A stretch of DNA of 29,918 bases from Candidatus Nanohaloarchaea archaeon. Its GTDB lineage: Archaea > Nanohalarchaeota > Nanosalinia > Nanosalinales > Nanosalinaceae. Below the pieces are notes generated by a model. That model was not told where the DNA came from. It did no database searches and saw only the letters and a program-made list of their open reading frames with translations. A program made the position numbers and the translations under genes. The stretch covers positions 1 to 29,918 of the forward strand of contig JBLGBN010000010.1 of assembly GCA_047617745.1 (NCBI GenBank), given 5' to 3'. Positions 6,964-16,423 of the stretch are shown piece by piece; positions within the stretch are counted from its first letter, which is position 1; the number at the start of each line of letters is the position of its first letter.

Positions 6964-9039
6964 ATTTCAGAGGATCGAATAACTGTCACATCAGCACTGC
7001 CGTACATCCACGGAGTACCGCATCTCGGAAACATGGCAGGAAGTGTCTTACCTGCGGAGCTTCTACACAGATACTTCGACGTTAGAGGAAAGGAAAATAT
7101 TTTCGTCTGTGGAGGCGATGTGCACGGAACACCACTGGAGCTGGAGGCTCTGGAACGTGGCGAAGATCCTCGAGACATCAAAGATGAACAGACTAAGAAA
7201 GTTAGAGAAGCGTACGAAAGCCTGAACGTCGACTTCACAATTTTCTCCGATACCCACAGTGAATACAACAGAAAACAGACACACGACATGTTCGAAGAGC
7301 TTTACTGCAACGGATTGATAGATGAGAAAACGCAGACGATGCCGTACTGCAACGACGATGAAAGATTTCTCCCGGACAGGTATATTGAAGGAGAATGCCC
7401 GCACTGCGGAGGTTTAGCTAGAGGAGACCAGTGCGACGACTGCGGAAAACTTGTGGAACCTGACGAGATAGAGAACCCGGAGTGCCAGATCTGCGGAGGA
7501 AATGATATCGAGTTCAAGGATACAGACCACCTGTTCCTGAACCTAACAGAGTACAAGGAAGACCTCAAGCAATGGATTAAAGACAGGGAACCGGTACCGG
7601 ATAACATGGTCAACCAGGTTCTCCACGATATAGAGGAAGCGGAGGAGAGATCAATTACACGGGACCAGGACTGGGGCTTTGAAATCCCTGTAGAAAGAGT
7701 AAACGAAAAAATAGAGGAAGAAGATCTGGAAATCGAGAAACTGGATCCGGAAAGGTACGACGAAAAAGTTCTGTATGTCTGGTTTGACGCACCAATCGGA
7801 TACATAGGTTTCACAAGAGAGTACTTTGAAGACTCCGATGAGTGGAAGAAACACTGGAACCAGGACGCGGATATATACTACTCAATTGGAAAGGATAACA
7901 CTATCTTCCACACGGTTATCTGGCCGACAATGCTTCTCGGCTCTAGAAACGATGAGATAGAGTACGGTCTGCCGGAGTACGAGTTCATCCAGCAGTACCT
8001 GATGTGGGAGGAAGGAGCTTTCTCCAAATCCCGGAACAGGGGTATCTTCATCGATGAAGCAGTGGAGCATTACCCTGCGGATTACTGGAGATTCTACCTG
8101 TCGAAGATGCTTCCAACTGACCACGACACCAACTTCTCCTGGGACGACTTCGAATCCGAGATCAACAACGTACTGAACGATACAGTCGGCAACTTCGTGA
8201 ACAGAACACTGAGCCTAGCAGAAAAATGGTTTGATAATGAGGTTCCAGAGGTAAATCTAACGACTAAAGACGAGGAAGTAGTTGAAGACGCAGAGGAAGC
8301 TGTTAAAGAATACATAGAAGCCTTTGACGAGAAGGAGCCTCAGGAAGCGCTGGACCATGCGCTTGAATTGGCAAGACTAGGCGACCAGTACCTGAGTTCA
8401 GAGGAACCATGGAACAATGAGGACAGGCGAGCGGAGACAATACATGTTTCACTACAGCTAATCCAGAAACTTGGTGTTACACTCCACCCATTTATTCCGG
8501 AAAGCGGTGAAAAGATATTCGACATGCTTAACACAGATATCAAACCTTCTGGAGAGGAAGACTTGCTTGGGAAAGATGTTCTCGGAGGTCTGGAAACCGG
8601 TCAGAAGCTAGGAGACCGGGAGATTTTATTCGAGAAAATCGATGTCTCAGAGCAGAAAGAAGAAAAACAAGAAAATAAGGAAGATACTATGACAGACAAA
8701 TTTAATGAAGATACGGTTTCATTCGACCAGTTCGGAGACATGGACCTCCGGATTGGAAAAGTGGAATCAGTCGAGGAGCATCCAAACGCCGACAAACTCT
8801 ACAAGGTCAAAGTCAACGTGGGAGAAGCAACGCTTCAGACCTGCGCAGGACTCAAGAATTTCTACGAACCGGAAGAGCTAGAAGATAGGAAAGTAGTCGT
8901 GCTCGCTAATCTGGAACCAGCAGAGCTTCGTGGAGAGAAATCGGAGTGCATGATGCTAGCCGCAGAATCGGATGACGGGGAAACAGTATCGCTTCTAGAT
9001 ACCGACAAGGAAATGGAAGTAGGGGATAAGATAAAGTAA
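6964..9039 (+). CDS. metG: Methionine--tRNA ligase with C-terminal tRNA-binding OB domain; start anomalous
   Basis: ITVTSALPYIHGVPHLGN (HIGH equivalent, upstream of the track ATG 7033), D.HGT, zinc knuckles, YVWFDAPIGY, GKDN..FH, FSKS and a Trbp111-like C-terminal domain. No canonical in-frame start precedes the HLGN motif; start shown at ATT 6964. Confidence 0.96.
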   Translation: MSEDRITVTSALPYIHGVPHLGNMAGSVLPAELLHRYFDVRGKENIFVCGGDVHGTPLELEALERGEDPRDIKDEQTKKVREAYESLNVDFTIFSDTHSEYNRKQTHDMFEELYCNGLIDEKTQTMPYCNDDERFLPDRYIEGECPHCGGLARGDQCDDCGKLVEPDEIENPECQICGGNDIEFKDTDHLFLNLTEYKEDLKQWIKDREPVPDNMVNQVLHDIEEAEERSITRDQDWGFEIPVERVNEKIEEEDLEIEKLDPERYDEKVLYVWFDAPIGYIGFTREYFEDSDEWKKHWNQDADIYYSIGKDNTIFHTVIWPTMLLGSRNDEIEYGLPEYEFIQQYLMWEEGAFSKSRNRGIFIDEAVEHYPADYWRFYLSKMLPTDHDTNFSWDDFESEINNVLNDTVGNFVNRTLSLAEKWFDNEVPEVNLTTKDEEVVEDAEEAVKEYIEAFDEKEPQEALDHALELARLGDQYLSSEEPWNNEDRRAETIHVSLQLIQKLGVTLHPFIPESGEKIFDMLNTDIKPSGEEDLLGKDVLGGLETGQKLGDREILFEKIDVSEQKEEKQENKEDTMTDKFNEDTVSFDQFGDMDLRIGKVESVEEHPNADKLYKVKVNVGEATLQTCAGLKNFYEPEELEDRKVVVLANLEPAELRGEKSECMMLAAESDDGETVSLLDTDKEMEVGDKIK

Positions 9040-9456
9040 CTAACCAACTAACTGGACTTTCATCCCATCCAGTTTTCTCTCAACTTCTTCTAAGTTGTGA
9101 TTTGCCACAGTATAAAGATCATTCCCTGTGACAAAGTTATCACCATGGAAATGGTGTTCAGGATCCAAGTAACCGGCTACCTCTAGATCCAATGCTTCTT
9201 CCGCATAATGCAGGTAGACTTCACCTTCATTCTGATTTCCATCTATATCGTGATACTCCCATCCTTCTGTTTTTACAACCCAAAGATCACCATTGCTGTC
9301 ATAGCCAGCTAGGTCTCCTGTGGAGAAATTATTGTCATCCTCTGGAGCGGGATTTTTATGTACGTATATTTCGTCTCTTTTGGAAAACCCCGGTAAAAGG
9401 GAGACATCAGCTGTTCTTTCTTCAGTTTCAATTATATCTAAACTAATTACAGACAC
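9040..9456 (-). CDS. Hypothetical acidic protein
   Basis: 138-aa ORF with a GTG start 5 nt after the stop of the upstream gene, acidic composition, abutting the metG stop. Confidence 0.65.
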   Translation of the reverse strand: MSVISLDIIETEERTADVSLLPGFSKRDEIYVHKNPAPEDDNNFSTGDLAGYDSNGDLWVVKTEGWEYHDIDGNQNEGEVYLHYAEEALDLEVAGYLDPEHHFHGDNFVTGNDLYTVANHNLEEVERKLDGMKVQLVG

Positions 9457-9461
9457 CCTAA

Positions 9462-10088
9462 TTATACTCCCACTTTCGGCCTTGATTTTTCGCCCGGAGT
9501 TGCCTCAAATCCGATTTCTAGAGATAATTCAGGCTCCCTAACTGCTTCTTCTACTGTCATTTCGCTAGCTCGATGGATATCTTCCTTCACGTCCTCGATA
9601 AATTGTCCTTCTAACTTTGCTCGTTCAACAAGTTCGTTATTGCCTGAGCTAATATAATCTGATATAGTGTTTAGGTCACCGGTTTCGAGAACCTCCTGAA
9701 CCGAGTATTTTTTATCAGGAAAAGATTGATCATATGAAATTTCTGGCAAAACTGTAACATCTTCTTGTTCAAACCCTGCTTCCAGAAGGCTCTTGTAAGT
9801 GTTCTCGGCGCACATTTCAATATACCCTCCGCCAAGCATAATCTGGTCGTAATCCTGACGTAGTTCCTCCGCATCCTCTGTGCTTAACTGGCCTGCCGTT
9901 TCTTCTTCAAGAATCTCATCAAATTCAGACTCATGGTAGGGATCGGAGTTCACATCTGCAGAGTTTACAACATAGGTGTCGAACTCTGCATCAGACACGA
10001 TTTTCGAAAGCTCTTCGTATGTAACTCCTTCATCAAATTCTTCATGTGGATGCGTAACAACAAGAGCAACCTCATCATACTTGTCCAC
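9462..10088 (-). CDS. Hypothetical protein, possible cysteine-hydrolase (isochorismatase-like) fold
   Basis: GTG start with SD GAGGTGA. VALVVTHP and IMLGGGYIEMCAENTY resemble the G-x4-C-x3-T nucleophile region of cysteine hydrolases. Confidence 0.7.
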   Translation of the reverse strand: MDKYDEVALVVTHPHEEFDEGVTYEELSKIVSDAEFDTYVVNSADVNSDPYHESEFDEILEEETAGQLSTEDAEELRQDYDQIMLGGGYIEMCAENTYKSLLEAGFEQEDVTVLPEISYDQSFPDKKYSVQEVLETGDLNTISDYISSGNNELVERAKLEGQFIEDVKEDIHRASEMTVEEAVREPELSLEIGFEATPGEKSRPKVGV

Positions 10089-10198
10089 TAAGTTTTCACC
10101 TCAATTCTCCTGAGTTCAACATCTCTAACTGGAACTTCTTCTCTGAGTTCTTCAAGTTTTTCATCCGCGACCGAACTGTAGATTGCGTCCGCACTCAT
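10088..10198 (-). CDS. Small 36-aa acidic protein (not in ORF track)
   Basis: MSADAIYSSVADEKLEELREEVPVRDVELRRIEVKT*. Its TAG overlaps the next GTG (TAGTG), and it contains that gene's SD sequence. Confidence 0.55.
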   Translation of the reverse strand: MSADAIYSSVADEKLEELREEVPVRDVELRRIEVKT

Positions 10199-10279
10199 AT
10201 GTTGTTATTTAGTGATAGTAACATAAAAAGGTTCTGGTGTTTCGGCGGATTCTTATTCTTTAGGACGCTATTTCACTGT

Positions 10280-11053
10280 ATGAAGCTGAAATTCCTGGGT
10301 ACGGGCGGCGGAAGGTTTGTGACCGGAAGCCAGAGAAGAAAAACCGGCGGCATACTAGCCATAACCGATGAAACACAGATTCACATAGACCCCGGACCTG
10401 GAGGACTAATTCAGGCACAGGATAATAAGCCTGAGGATACGGAAGCAGTTATTGTTTCCCACGCACATCTCGATCACAGCAACGATTCTGAACCTCTAAT
10501 AGAAATGATGGCATACATCCACGACCACCCTGGAGCGCTTTTCGCGAATGAGACCTGTCTGGCCGGTTACTCGGATATGGAGAAATGCATCAGCGACTAC
10601 CATCAGAACCTATGCAGAACAGTTGAAACACTGGAAGAAGATTTTGAAACAGAGTTCAAGGACCTAAAGATTCGGAGCCAGGAAATGTTTCACAGCGATC
10701 CGAAAACACAGGGCTTCGTTCTCGAAACCGATGAGAAATCTATCGGTTTCTGGACCGACACGGAGTTCTCAGAAGAACTGGTCGATTTCTACAGCGGCTG
10801 TGACACAATAGTTATCTACTGTAACCGGCCGACAGGAGAAACTCTGGAAGGCCATACCTCGCTGGATGAAGTACCTGATATTGTAGAAGCTGTGCAACCT
10901 TCGACAGTGATAATCACAGATTTCGGATACAAGTTCCTGAATCAGGATCTGGATGAGGAGAAAGAGTGGCTGGAGGACAATATCGATGCAAAGGTTGTGT
11001 TTGCCGAGGACGGTATGGAGTTCCCCGGTAACCGAAGTCTCGGAGATTTCTAG
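10280..11053 (+). CDS. MBL-fold metallo-hydrolase (archaeal PhnP-like/beta-lactamase superfamily)
   Basis: MKLKFLGTGGGRF...QRRKTGG, IDPGPG, SHAHLDH, H165-like MFHSDP and WTDT. True start ATG 10280. Confidence 0.9.
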   Translation: MKLKFLGTGGGRFVTGSQRRKTGGILAITDETQIHIDPGPGGLIQAQDNKPEDTEAVIVSHAHLDHSNDSEPLIEMMAYIHDHPGALFANETCLAGYSDMEKCISDYHQNLCRTVETLEEDFETEFKDLKIRSQEMFHSDPKTQGFVLETDEKSIGFWTDTEFSEELVDFYSGCDTIVIYCNRPTGETLEGHTSLDEVPDIVEAVQPSTVIITDFGYKFLNQDLDEEKEWLEDNIDAKVVFAEDGMEFPGNRSLGDF

Positions 11054-11115
11054 AACCTGAACTCAAAACCCATTTAAGAATTCCAGCAGAAAAAGTTCTC
11101 GTGAGGCCGTAAAAT

Positions 11116-13731
11116 ATGCCTGAAGGAGAATACGACGCTGAAAAAGTTGAATCGAAGTGGCAGAGAAAATGGGTTGAAAACAAAACTTTCGAATACACCG
11201 GTGACAGAGATACAGATCCGGATGAAGTGTTCTCAATAGATACTCCGCCACCAACTGTGTCAGGCTCACTTCACATGGGTCACCTGTACGGACAGACACT
11301 ACAGGACTTTCAGGCACGATTTCAACGCATGAAAGGCAAAAAAGTATTCCAACCAATCGGATACGACGATAACGGGATCGCATCTGAACGACTTACAGAA
11401 AAAGAACTTGGAATCAGACACCAAGACTATACCAGAAGAGAATTTCAGGAGAAATGCCGGGAGGTCTGCCAGGAATACGAAGAACAGTTTACAGAAAACA
11501 TGCAAAGCCTAGGTCTAAGCCATGACTGGACAAATACTTACAAGACTATAGAGCCAAGAGTTCAGAGAATTTCACAGCTCTCCTTCATAGATCTTTATGA
11601 AAAAGACAGAGAATACCGGAAGAAAGCACCAGCGATCTGGTGTCCGGACTGCGAGACAGCAATCAGCCAGGTTGAAACAGAGGATGACGAACAGCACTCC
11701 CACTTCAACGACATAGAGTTCGAAGTTAAAGGCGGGGATTCATTTGAAATTTCTACTACAAGACCGGAGCTTCTACCAGCTTGTGTAGCAGTATTTGTAC
11801 ACCCGGATGACGAGGAGAACCAGCATCTGGTAGGAGAAAAATCTATTATCCCTCTATTCGGGCATGAAGTCCCTATAATTGAAGATGAAAGAGTCGACAT
11901 GGATACAGGGTCTGGGATCGTTATGTGCTGTACATTCGGAGATCAGAACGATATCGAATGGTATCAGGCACACGATCTTGATCTGAAAATTGCTATCGAT
12001 GAATCAGGAACGATGACAGAGGAAGCCGGAAAATACGAGGGGTTAAGTACTGAAGAGGCTCGGGAAGAAATAGTAGAAGACCTTGATGAGGAAGGATACC
12101 TGAATGACAGGAGAGAAATTACGCATACCGTTCAGGTCCACGAAAGATGTGGAGTCGGAATCGAGTTCCGGGTAACAGAACAGTGGTACGTCGAGATCAT
12201 GGATCACAAAGACAAATACCTAGACGCAGGTGAGCAGATGGACTGGATTCCGGAGAAAATGCATACCCGTTACAAGAACTGGATTGAAGGACTTCAGTGG
12301 GACTGGTGTATCTCACGTCAGAGAGACTCGGGGATACCTTTCCCTGTCTGGTACTGTGAAGACTGCAACCAGGAGATAATAGCGGATAAAGCAGAACTAC
12401 CGGTTGATCCTCTGGCTGACGAACCATCGGTCGAAGAATGCCCTGAATGCGAGGGAACCAGCTTCAGACCGGAAGAGGATGTTTTCGATACCTGGGCTAC
12501 AAGCAGTTTAACACCGCTGATTAACGCAGGCTGGGACTGGAACGAAGATGAGGAAGAGTTCCAGATGGAGAAACCGGAGCTCTACAGCTTCGATCTAAGA
12601 CCGGAAGGCCACGACATCATCTCTTTCTGGCTGTTCCACACAGTTGTAAAGTGCTACGAGCATACAGGAGAAGTTCCGTTCGACGCCACCATGAACCACG
12701 GCCACGTCCTGGATGAGAACCGTGAGAAGATGAGCAAGTCGAAAGGAAACGTTGTAGCACCTTCAGAGGTTCTAGAGGAGTTCCCTGTTGATGCGGCACG
12801 TTACTGGGCTGCTGGCTCCAAAGTTGGTGACGACTTCCCGTTCAAGAAGAAAGAACTGAAGTCCGGAGAGAAACTGATGAGAAAAATCTGGAATGCATCC
12901 AAACTGGTAGAAAACCTGGCAGGCGGCAACAGACCAAATATCGAGGACGAAGAACTTGACGAGATCGATAGATGGATTCTGGCGGAAGTCGACGAGCTGA
13001 TCGAATCAACAACTGAGAAAATGGAGAAATACGAGTTTTCCAAAGCCAGAGATGAGATTAGGTACAGTTTCTGGAACACGTTCTGCGACGACTATCTGGA
13101 AATAGCCAAGCAGAGAATGGATGATGAAACCAATCTTTCCACGAGATATACCCTCCAGGTAGCTTTCGAGAGATACCTGAAACTGTTTGCGCCGCTGCTT
13201 TCCCACATAACCGAGGAAATATGGACTGATATGTACCGTTCTGAAGAAGGTCCGGAAAGTATTCATACGACCCAGTGGCCGGAAACCCTTGGTATTGAAG
13301 CAGATCTGGAGGCTGGTGAAACCGCAATGGAGGTAGTCTCAGCGCTGAGAAATTACAAGAACCAGAACGGCATGGCTCTTAACGAGGAGCTGAAGGAAGT
13401 TGTCGTGTACGGGCCGGTCCACGGCCTTGAGGACGCTATCAAGGAGGTCATGCATATAGAAGAGCTCGCAACAAGATCAGGAGAAGCCGAAACCGAGGAC
13501 AAGATCAAAGAGATCAAACTGGACTACTCAAAGGCAGGTCCAGAGTTTGGAGATGATATTGGAGAGATTGAAGATGCCCTGGAAAACAACGAGTGGAACA
13601 TCGAATCAGGAATGCTTTACGCCGCAGATCACCACATACCAGCAGAAATGTACGAAGTACATGAGGAGAAAACCTTCACAGGTGAAGGCGAGATGATCGA
13701 GACGGAAAACGCCCAGGTAGTGGTGAAATAA
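11116..13731 (+). CDS. valS: Valine--tRNA ligase (archaeal type)
   Basis: DTPPPTVSGSLHMGH, TTRPELL, GSGIVMCCTFGD, DWCISRQR, DVFDTWATSS and KMSKSKGN. Confidence 0.98.
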   Translation: MPEGEYDAEKVESKWQRKWVENKTFEYTGDRDTDPDEVFSIDTPPPTVSGSLHMGHLYGQTLQDFQARFQRMKGKKVFQPIGYDDNGIASERLTEKELGIRHQDYTRREFQEKCREVCQEYEEQFTENMQSLGLSHDWTNTYKTIEPRVQRISQLSFIDLYEKDREYRKKAPAIWCPDCETAISQVETEDDEQHSHFNDIEFEVKGGDSFEISTTRPELLPACVAVFVHPDDEENQHLVGEKSIIPLFGHEVPIIEDERVDMDTGSGIVMCCTFGDQNDIEWYQAHDLDLKIAIDESGTMTEEAGKYEGLSTEEAREEIVEDLDEEGYLNDRREITHTVQVHERCGVGIEFRVTEQWYVEIMDHKDKYLDAGEQMDWIPEKMHTRYKNWIEGLQWDWCISRQRDSGIPFPVWYCEDCNQEIIADKAELPVDPLADEPSVEECPECEGTSFRPEEDVFDTWATSSLTPLINAGWDWNEDEEEFQMEKPELYSFDLRPEGHDIISFWLFHTVVKCYEHTGEVPFDATMNHGHVLDENREKMSKSKGNVVAPSEVLEEFPVDAARYWAAGSKVGDDFPFKKKELKSGEKLMRKIWNASKLVENLAGGNRPNIEDEELDEIDRWILAEVDELIESTTEKMEKYEFSKARDEIRYSFWNTFCDDYLEIAKQRMDDETNLSTRYTLQVAFERYLKLFAPLLSHITEEIWTDMYRSEEGPESIHTTQWPETLGIEADLEAGETAMEVVSALRNYKNQNGMALNEELKEVVVYGPVHGLEDAIKEVMHIEELATRSGEAETEDKIKEIKLDYSKAGPEFGDDIGEIEDALENNEWNIESGMLYAADHHIPAEMYEVHEEKTFTGEGEMIETENAQVVVK

Positions 13732-13733
13732 AA

Positions 13734-14487
13734 ATGAAACTGGGATCATCGCTCGGCCCGGAAGAAGACCTGAAGGAACAGATAACCCGGGTTCCGGAAG
13801 AGATGGATTTCATCGAGTTCCCTCTCGGGGAGAAGGAACAGATGCCGGAGGATATCGACAGGGAAGGAGTAATAGAAGCTCTGGAAGACAATGATTTTGG
13901 CCTCGTTGTTCACCTGCCTTTCCGGCAGAGGCTCGTAACCGAGATAGATGAATTCAACGACGCAGTACTTGACTACCACCGAAGATTAATCAGGTTCTCG
14001 AAGCAGCTGGGGGCCGAAAAATTTGTTATACACGCAGACATGAGAGATAACGAATCTGAAGAGGAAGAAGAGCTAATATCTGAACAGATAAGGAGAATGA
14101 ACAAAATTGGGGGAAGAACTCGATGTTGAAATCTGCTTCGAAAACATCGGCCACTGGAACGGTTTAGAGCTTTTCAAGCTCGGGGAAGTACTGGAGGAAC
14201 TTGACGCCTCGATGTGCTTCGATACCGGTCACGCGTTCTCAGAGGTTGGGCAGGAAGAGATGGAGGAGTTCCTGGAGGAATACTCGCACCTGATCTCACA
14301 TCTCCATTTGCAGGATACCAGAGAGGGCCGGGACATGCATCTTCCAATTGGTCTTGAGGAAATAGACTTCGAACCTATCGGAGAAAAACTCTCAGATTTT
14401 GAAGGAACCGCGACGATGGAAATATTCACCTCGGACAGGGATTACATCAGATTATCGAAGAAGAAGGTCGAGGAATACTGGAACTGA
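13734..14487 (+). pseudogene. Sugar phosphate isomerase/epimerase (AP endonuclease 2 TIM barrel), split by a +1 frameshift at the G5 run 14109-14113
   Basis: First half has VVHLP and VIHAD; second half has CFEN, CFDTGH, HLHLQD, DMHLPIG and TMEIF. Deleting one G gives ...NKIGEELDVEICFEN..., a 250-aa protein. May be a sequencing error. Confidence 0.8.
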
Positions 14488-14516
14488 TTTAAAATCTCTG
14501 ACGTATTCTCTACCTA

Positions 14517-15101
14517 ATGGTTTTCAGCCAGGTCAAAAAACAGCTTGAACAGCAGAATTACAGAGGGCAGGAAGGCAGTAAGGAACCGTCTTCCAGTAGC
14601 TACAGCGAGCTGGATATAGTGGTCCACCCCGGTTTTTCAATGATTAATTACGAAGATGAGGACAGCGTTTTCGACTGGCTGGATAAGACAAGATTCGGAG
14701 TTAACTCGGATTTCAGCTCCAGAGACAGTTATGAAGAATATCTCTCAAGCCTAGGAGAAGAGCTCAGAAAAACGGAGAACCCCGTAGTTTTTCTCTACGA
14801 TGACAGCCAGATCGATCAGTACCAGGAATTTGTAGAAGAAAAGATAGGTATCCAGACCGACAGCGATCATACGTATTTTCTGCAGACGGAACTCGATAGC
14901 GGGCATATTGAAGCAGTTGAAGAATGGGAGCTCTCAGGTTTGATACATCAGCTTGAAGAAAACGGCGAAGTAAATATTCACGGAGAGCAGAACGGCAGAT
15001 GCACGGATGAATCGCTGGAATCACTGAAACAAGTTGGCGAAGCCCTGAATAAAGATTCCTCTTTCAGATATGGAGAAGTATTCCCCAGAGTCCGGCTTTG
15101 A
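14517..15101 (+). CDS. Hypothetical protein, possible cysteine-hydrolase-like fold
   Basis: 194-aa acidic ORF with a TATA box 23 nt upstream. LDIVVHPG...VNIHGEQNGRC parallels the 9462-10088 product. Confidence 0.72.
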   Translation: MVFSQVKKQLEQQNYRGQEGSKEPSSSSYSELDIVVHPGFSMINYEDEDSVFDWLDKTRFGVNSDFSSRDSYEEYLSSLGEELRKTENPVVFLYDDSQIDQYQEFVEEKIGIQTDSDHTYFLQTELDSGHIEAVEEWELSGLIHQLEENGEVNIHGEQNGRCTDESLESLKQVGEALNKDSSFRYGEVFPRVRL

Positions 15102-15149
15102 CCCGCTCTCACTACGGGATTAAAAAGAATTCCTTACACTTCTAACATC

Positions 15150-16397
15150 ATGACTGAAGAAAACCAGGAAAACGATGTCGGGATGAACAAGTACCAGCTG
15201 AAGAAGCTGATCAAAGAACTTGAGGACATTAGAGGCAGGAACACCGAGCTGGTTTCGCTGTACATCCCAGCAGGTTACGACATGTCCAAGATATCCGACT
15301 TTATCACCTCCGAGCAATCCGAAGCAGAAAACATAAAGTCGAAGCACACCCGCCAGAACGTCCAGGACGCGCTTGGAAAGATCGGGAGAAAGGTAAGCGA
15401 AGAGCATACAACACCGGAGAACGGTGTAGCTTTCTTCGCAGGAAATGTGAGCGATACCGAAGGAAGACCAGACATCGAAATCTGGGAGGTAGTACCCCCA
15501 CAGCCAATAGAATCCCGGCACTACAGATGTGACAAAGAGTTTGTTCTTGAGCCTCTGAAGCAGATGATCGTAGACGACCGGGTATACGGATTAATCGTCT
15601 GCGACAAATCCGAGGCCGCGATTGGTTACCTACAGGGCAATTCCATCAAGACTGCTTATACTATAGAGTCCAACGTTCCCGGAAAAACACGTGCTGGAGG
15701 ACAGTCGGCACAGAGATTTGCTAGAATCCGAAAGCAGATGCTGAAAACATTCCTGACAGATATATCGGAAAAATCCAAGAAAGCCTTTCTGGACAAAGCA
15801 AGAGAAGACAAGCTTCTGGGGATTATAATCGGCGGACCAGGGTTTGTTAAAGACAAACTAATCGACGACGACTACCTTCACCAGGAGCTACAGGAGAAGG
15901 TTATAGCCGTGGAATCACTCGGCCACTCTGGAGAAGGAGCGCTGAAAGAACTCGTCCAGAAAGCAGAAGAGAAAATAGAGGATTCTCAGGCAGTTAGAGA
16001 GAAACAGCTGGTACAGGAGTTCTTCCAGAACCTGAAGGAGGAGAACGGTAAATCAGAATATGGACTCGAACAGGTCATGAAAGCCATGAAGATGGGAGCT
16101 GTCGAGACCGTTCTAATTTCCGAGGACTTCGACCAGTACCGCGCAGTTTACGAATGCCCAAACAACCATGAAAAGGAGATATTCGAGAGAAAGCCGGAAA
16201 TAGAGGAAAGTATTGAATGCGATGAATGCGGAGAGGAAATGGATCTAGAAGAAATAGCAGATATAGTCGATGTTTTCGCGGAGAAAGCCGAAGAAATGTC
16301 CTCCAATCTCGAGATAATAGGAACAGAACATGAAGAGGGTAAACGGTTAATGAATATGGGAGGTATAGCCGCGATCCTCAGGTACAGGATAAGATAG
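15150..16397 (+). CDS. prf1: Peptide chain release factor aRF1
   Basis: TELVSLYIP, NIKS, YRCD and GGQSAQRF motifs; zinc-ribbon insert CPNNH...CDEC; C-terminal GGIAAILRY. Confidence 0.98.
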   Translation: MTEENQENDVGMNKYQLKKLIKELEDIRGRNTELVSLYIPAGYDMSKISDFITSEQSEAENIKSKHTRQNVQDALGKIGRKVSEEHTTPENGVAFFAGNVSDTEGRPDIEIWEVVPPQPIESRHYRCDKEFVLEPLKQMIVDDRVYGLIVCDKSEAAIGYLQGNSIKTAYTIESNVPGKTRAGGQSAQRFARIRKQMLKTFLTDISEKSKKAFLDKAREDKLLGIIIGGPGFVKDKLIDDDYLHQELQEKVIAVESLGHSGEGALKELVQKAEEKIEDSQAVREKQLVQEFFQNLKEENGKSEYGLEQVMKAMKMGAVETVLISEDFDQYRAVYECPNNHEKEIFERKPEIEESIECDECGEEMDLEEIADIVDVFAEKAEEMSSNLEIIGTEHEEGKRLMNMGGIAAILRYRIR

Positions 16398-16423
16398 ATT
16401 AAACTGGGGAGATAACTTAGCTT

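Noticed and set aside
8680..9039. Possible internal start (AAGGA...ATG 8689) producing a free Trbp111-like protein from metG
   Set aside because: The SD match is weak in a purine-rich linker, and a fused C-terminal domain is normal for archaeal MetRS.
6960..14108. CAAAATT occurs at both frame anomalies (6960 and 14102), suggesting a shared recoding signal
   Set aside because: The same heptamer occurs in uninterrupted coding sequence (e.g. near 5373 and 27344). The A-AAT-TTC slippery heptamer at metG would give a -1 shift, whereas +1 is required.
16140..16240. Zinc-ribbon insertion in aRF1
   Set aside because: This is a known feature of many archaeal aRF1 C-terminal domains.
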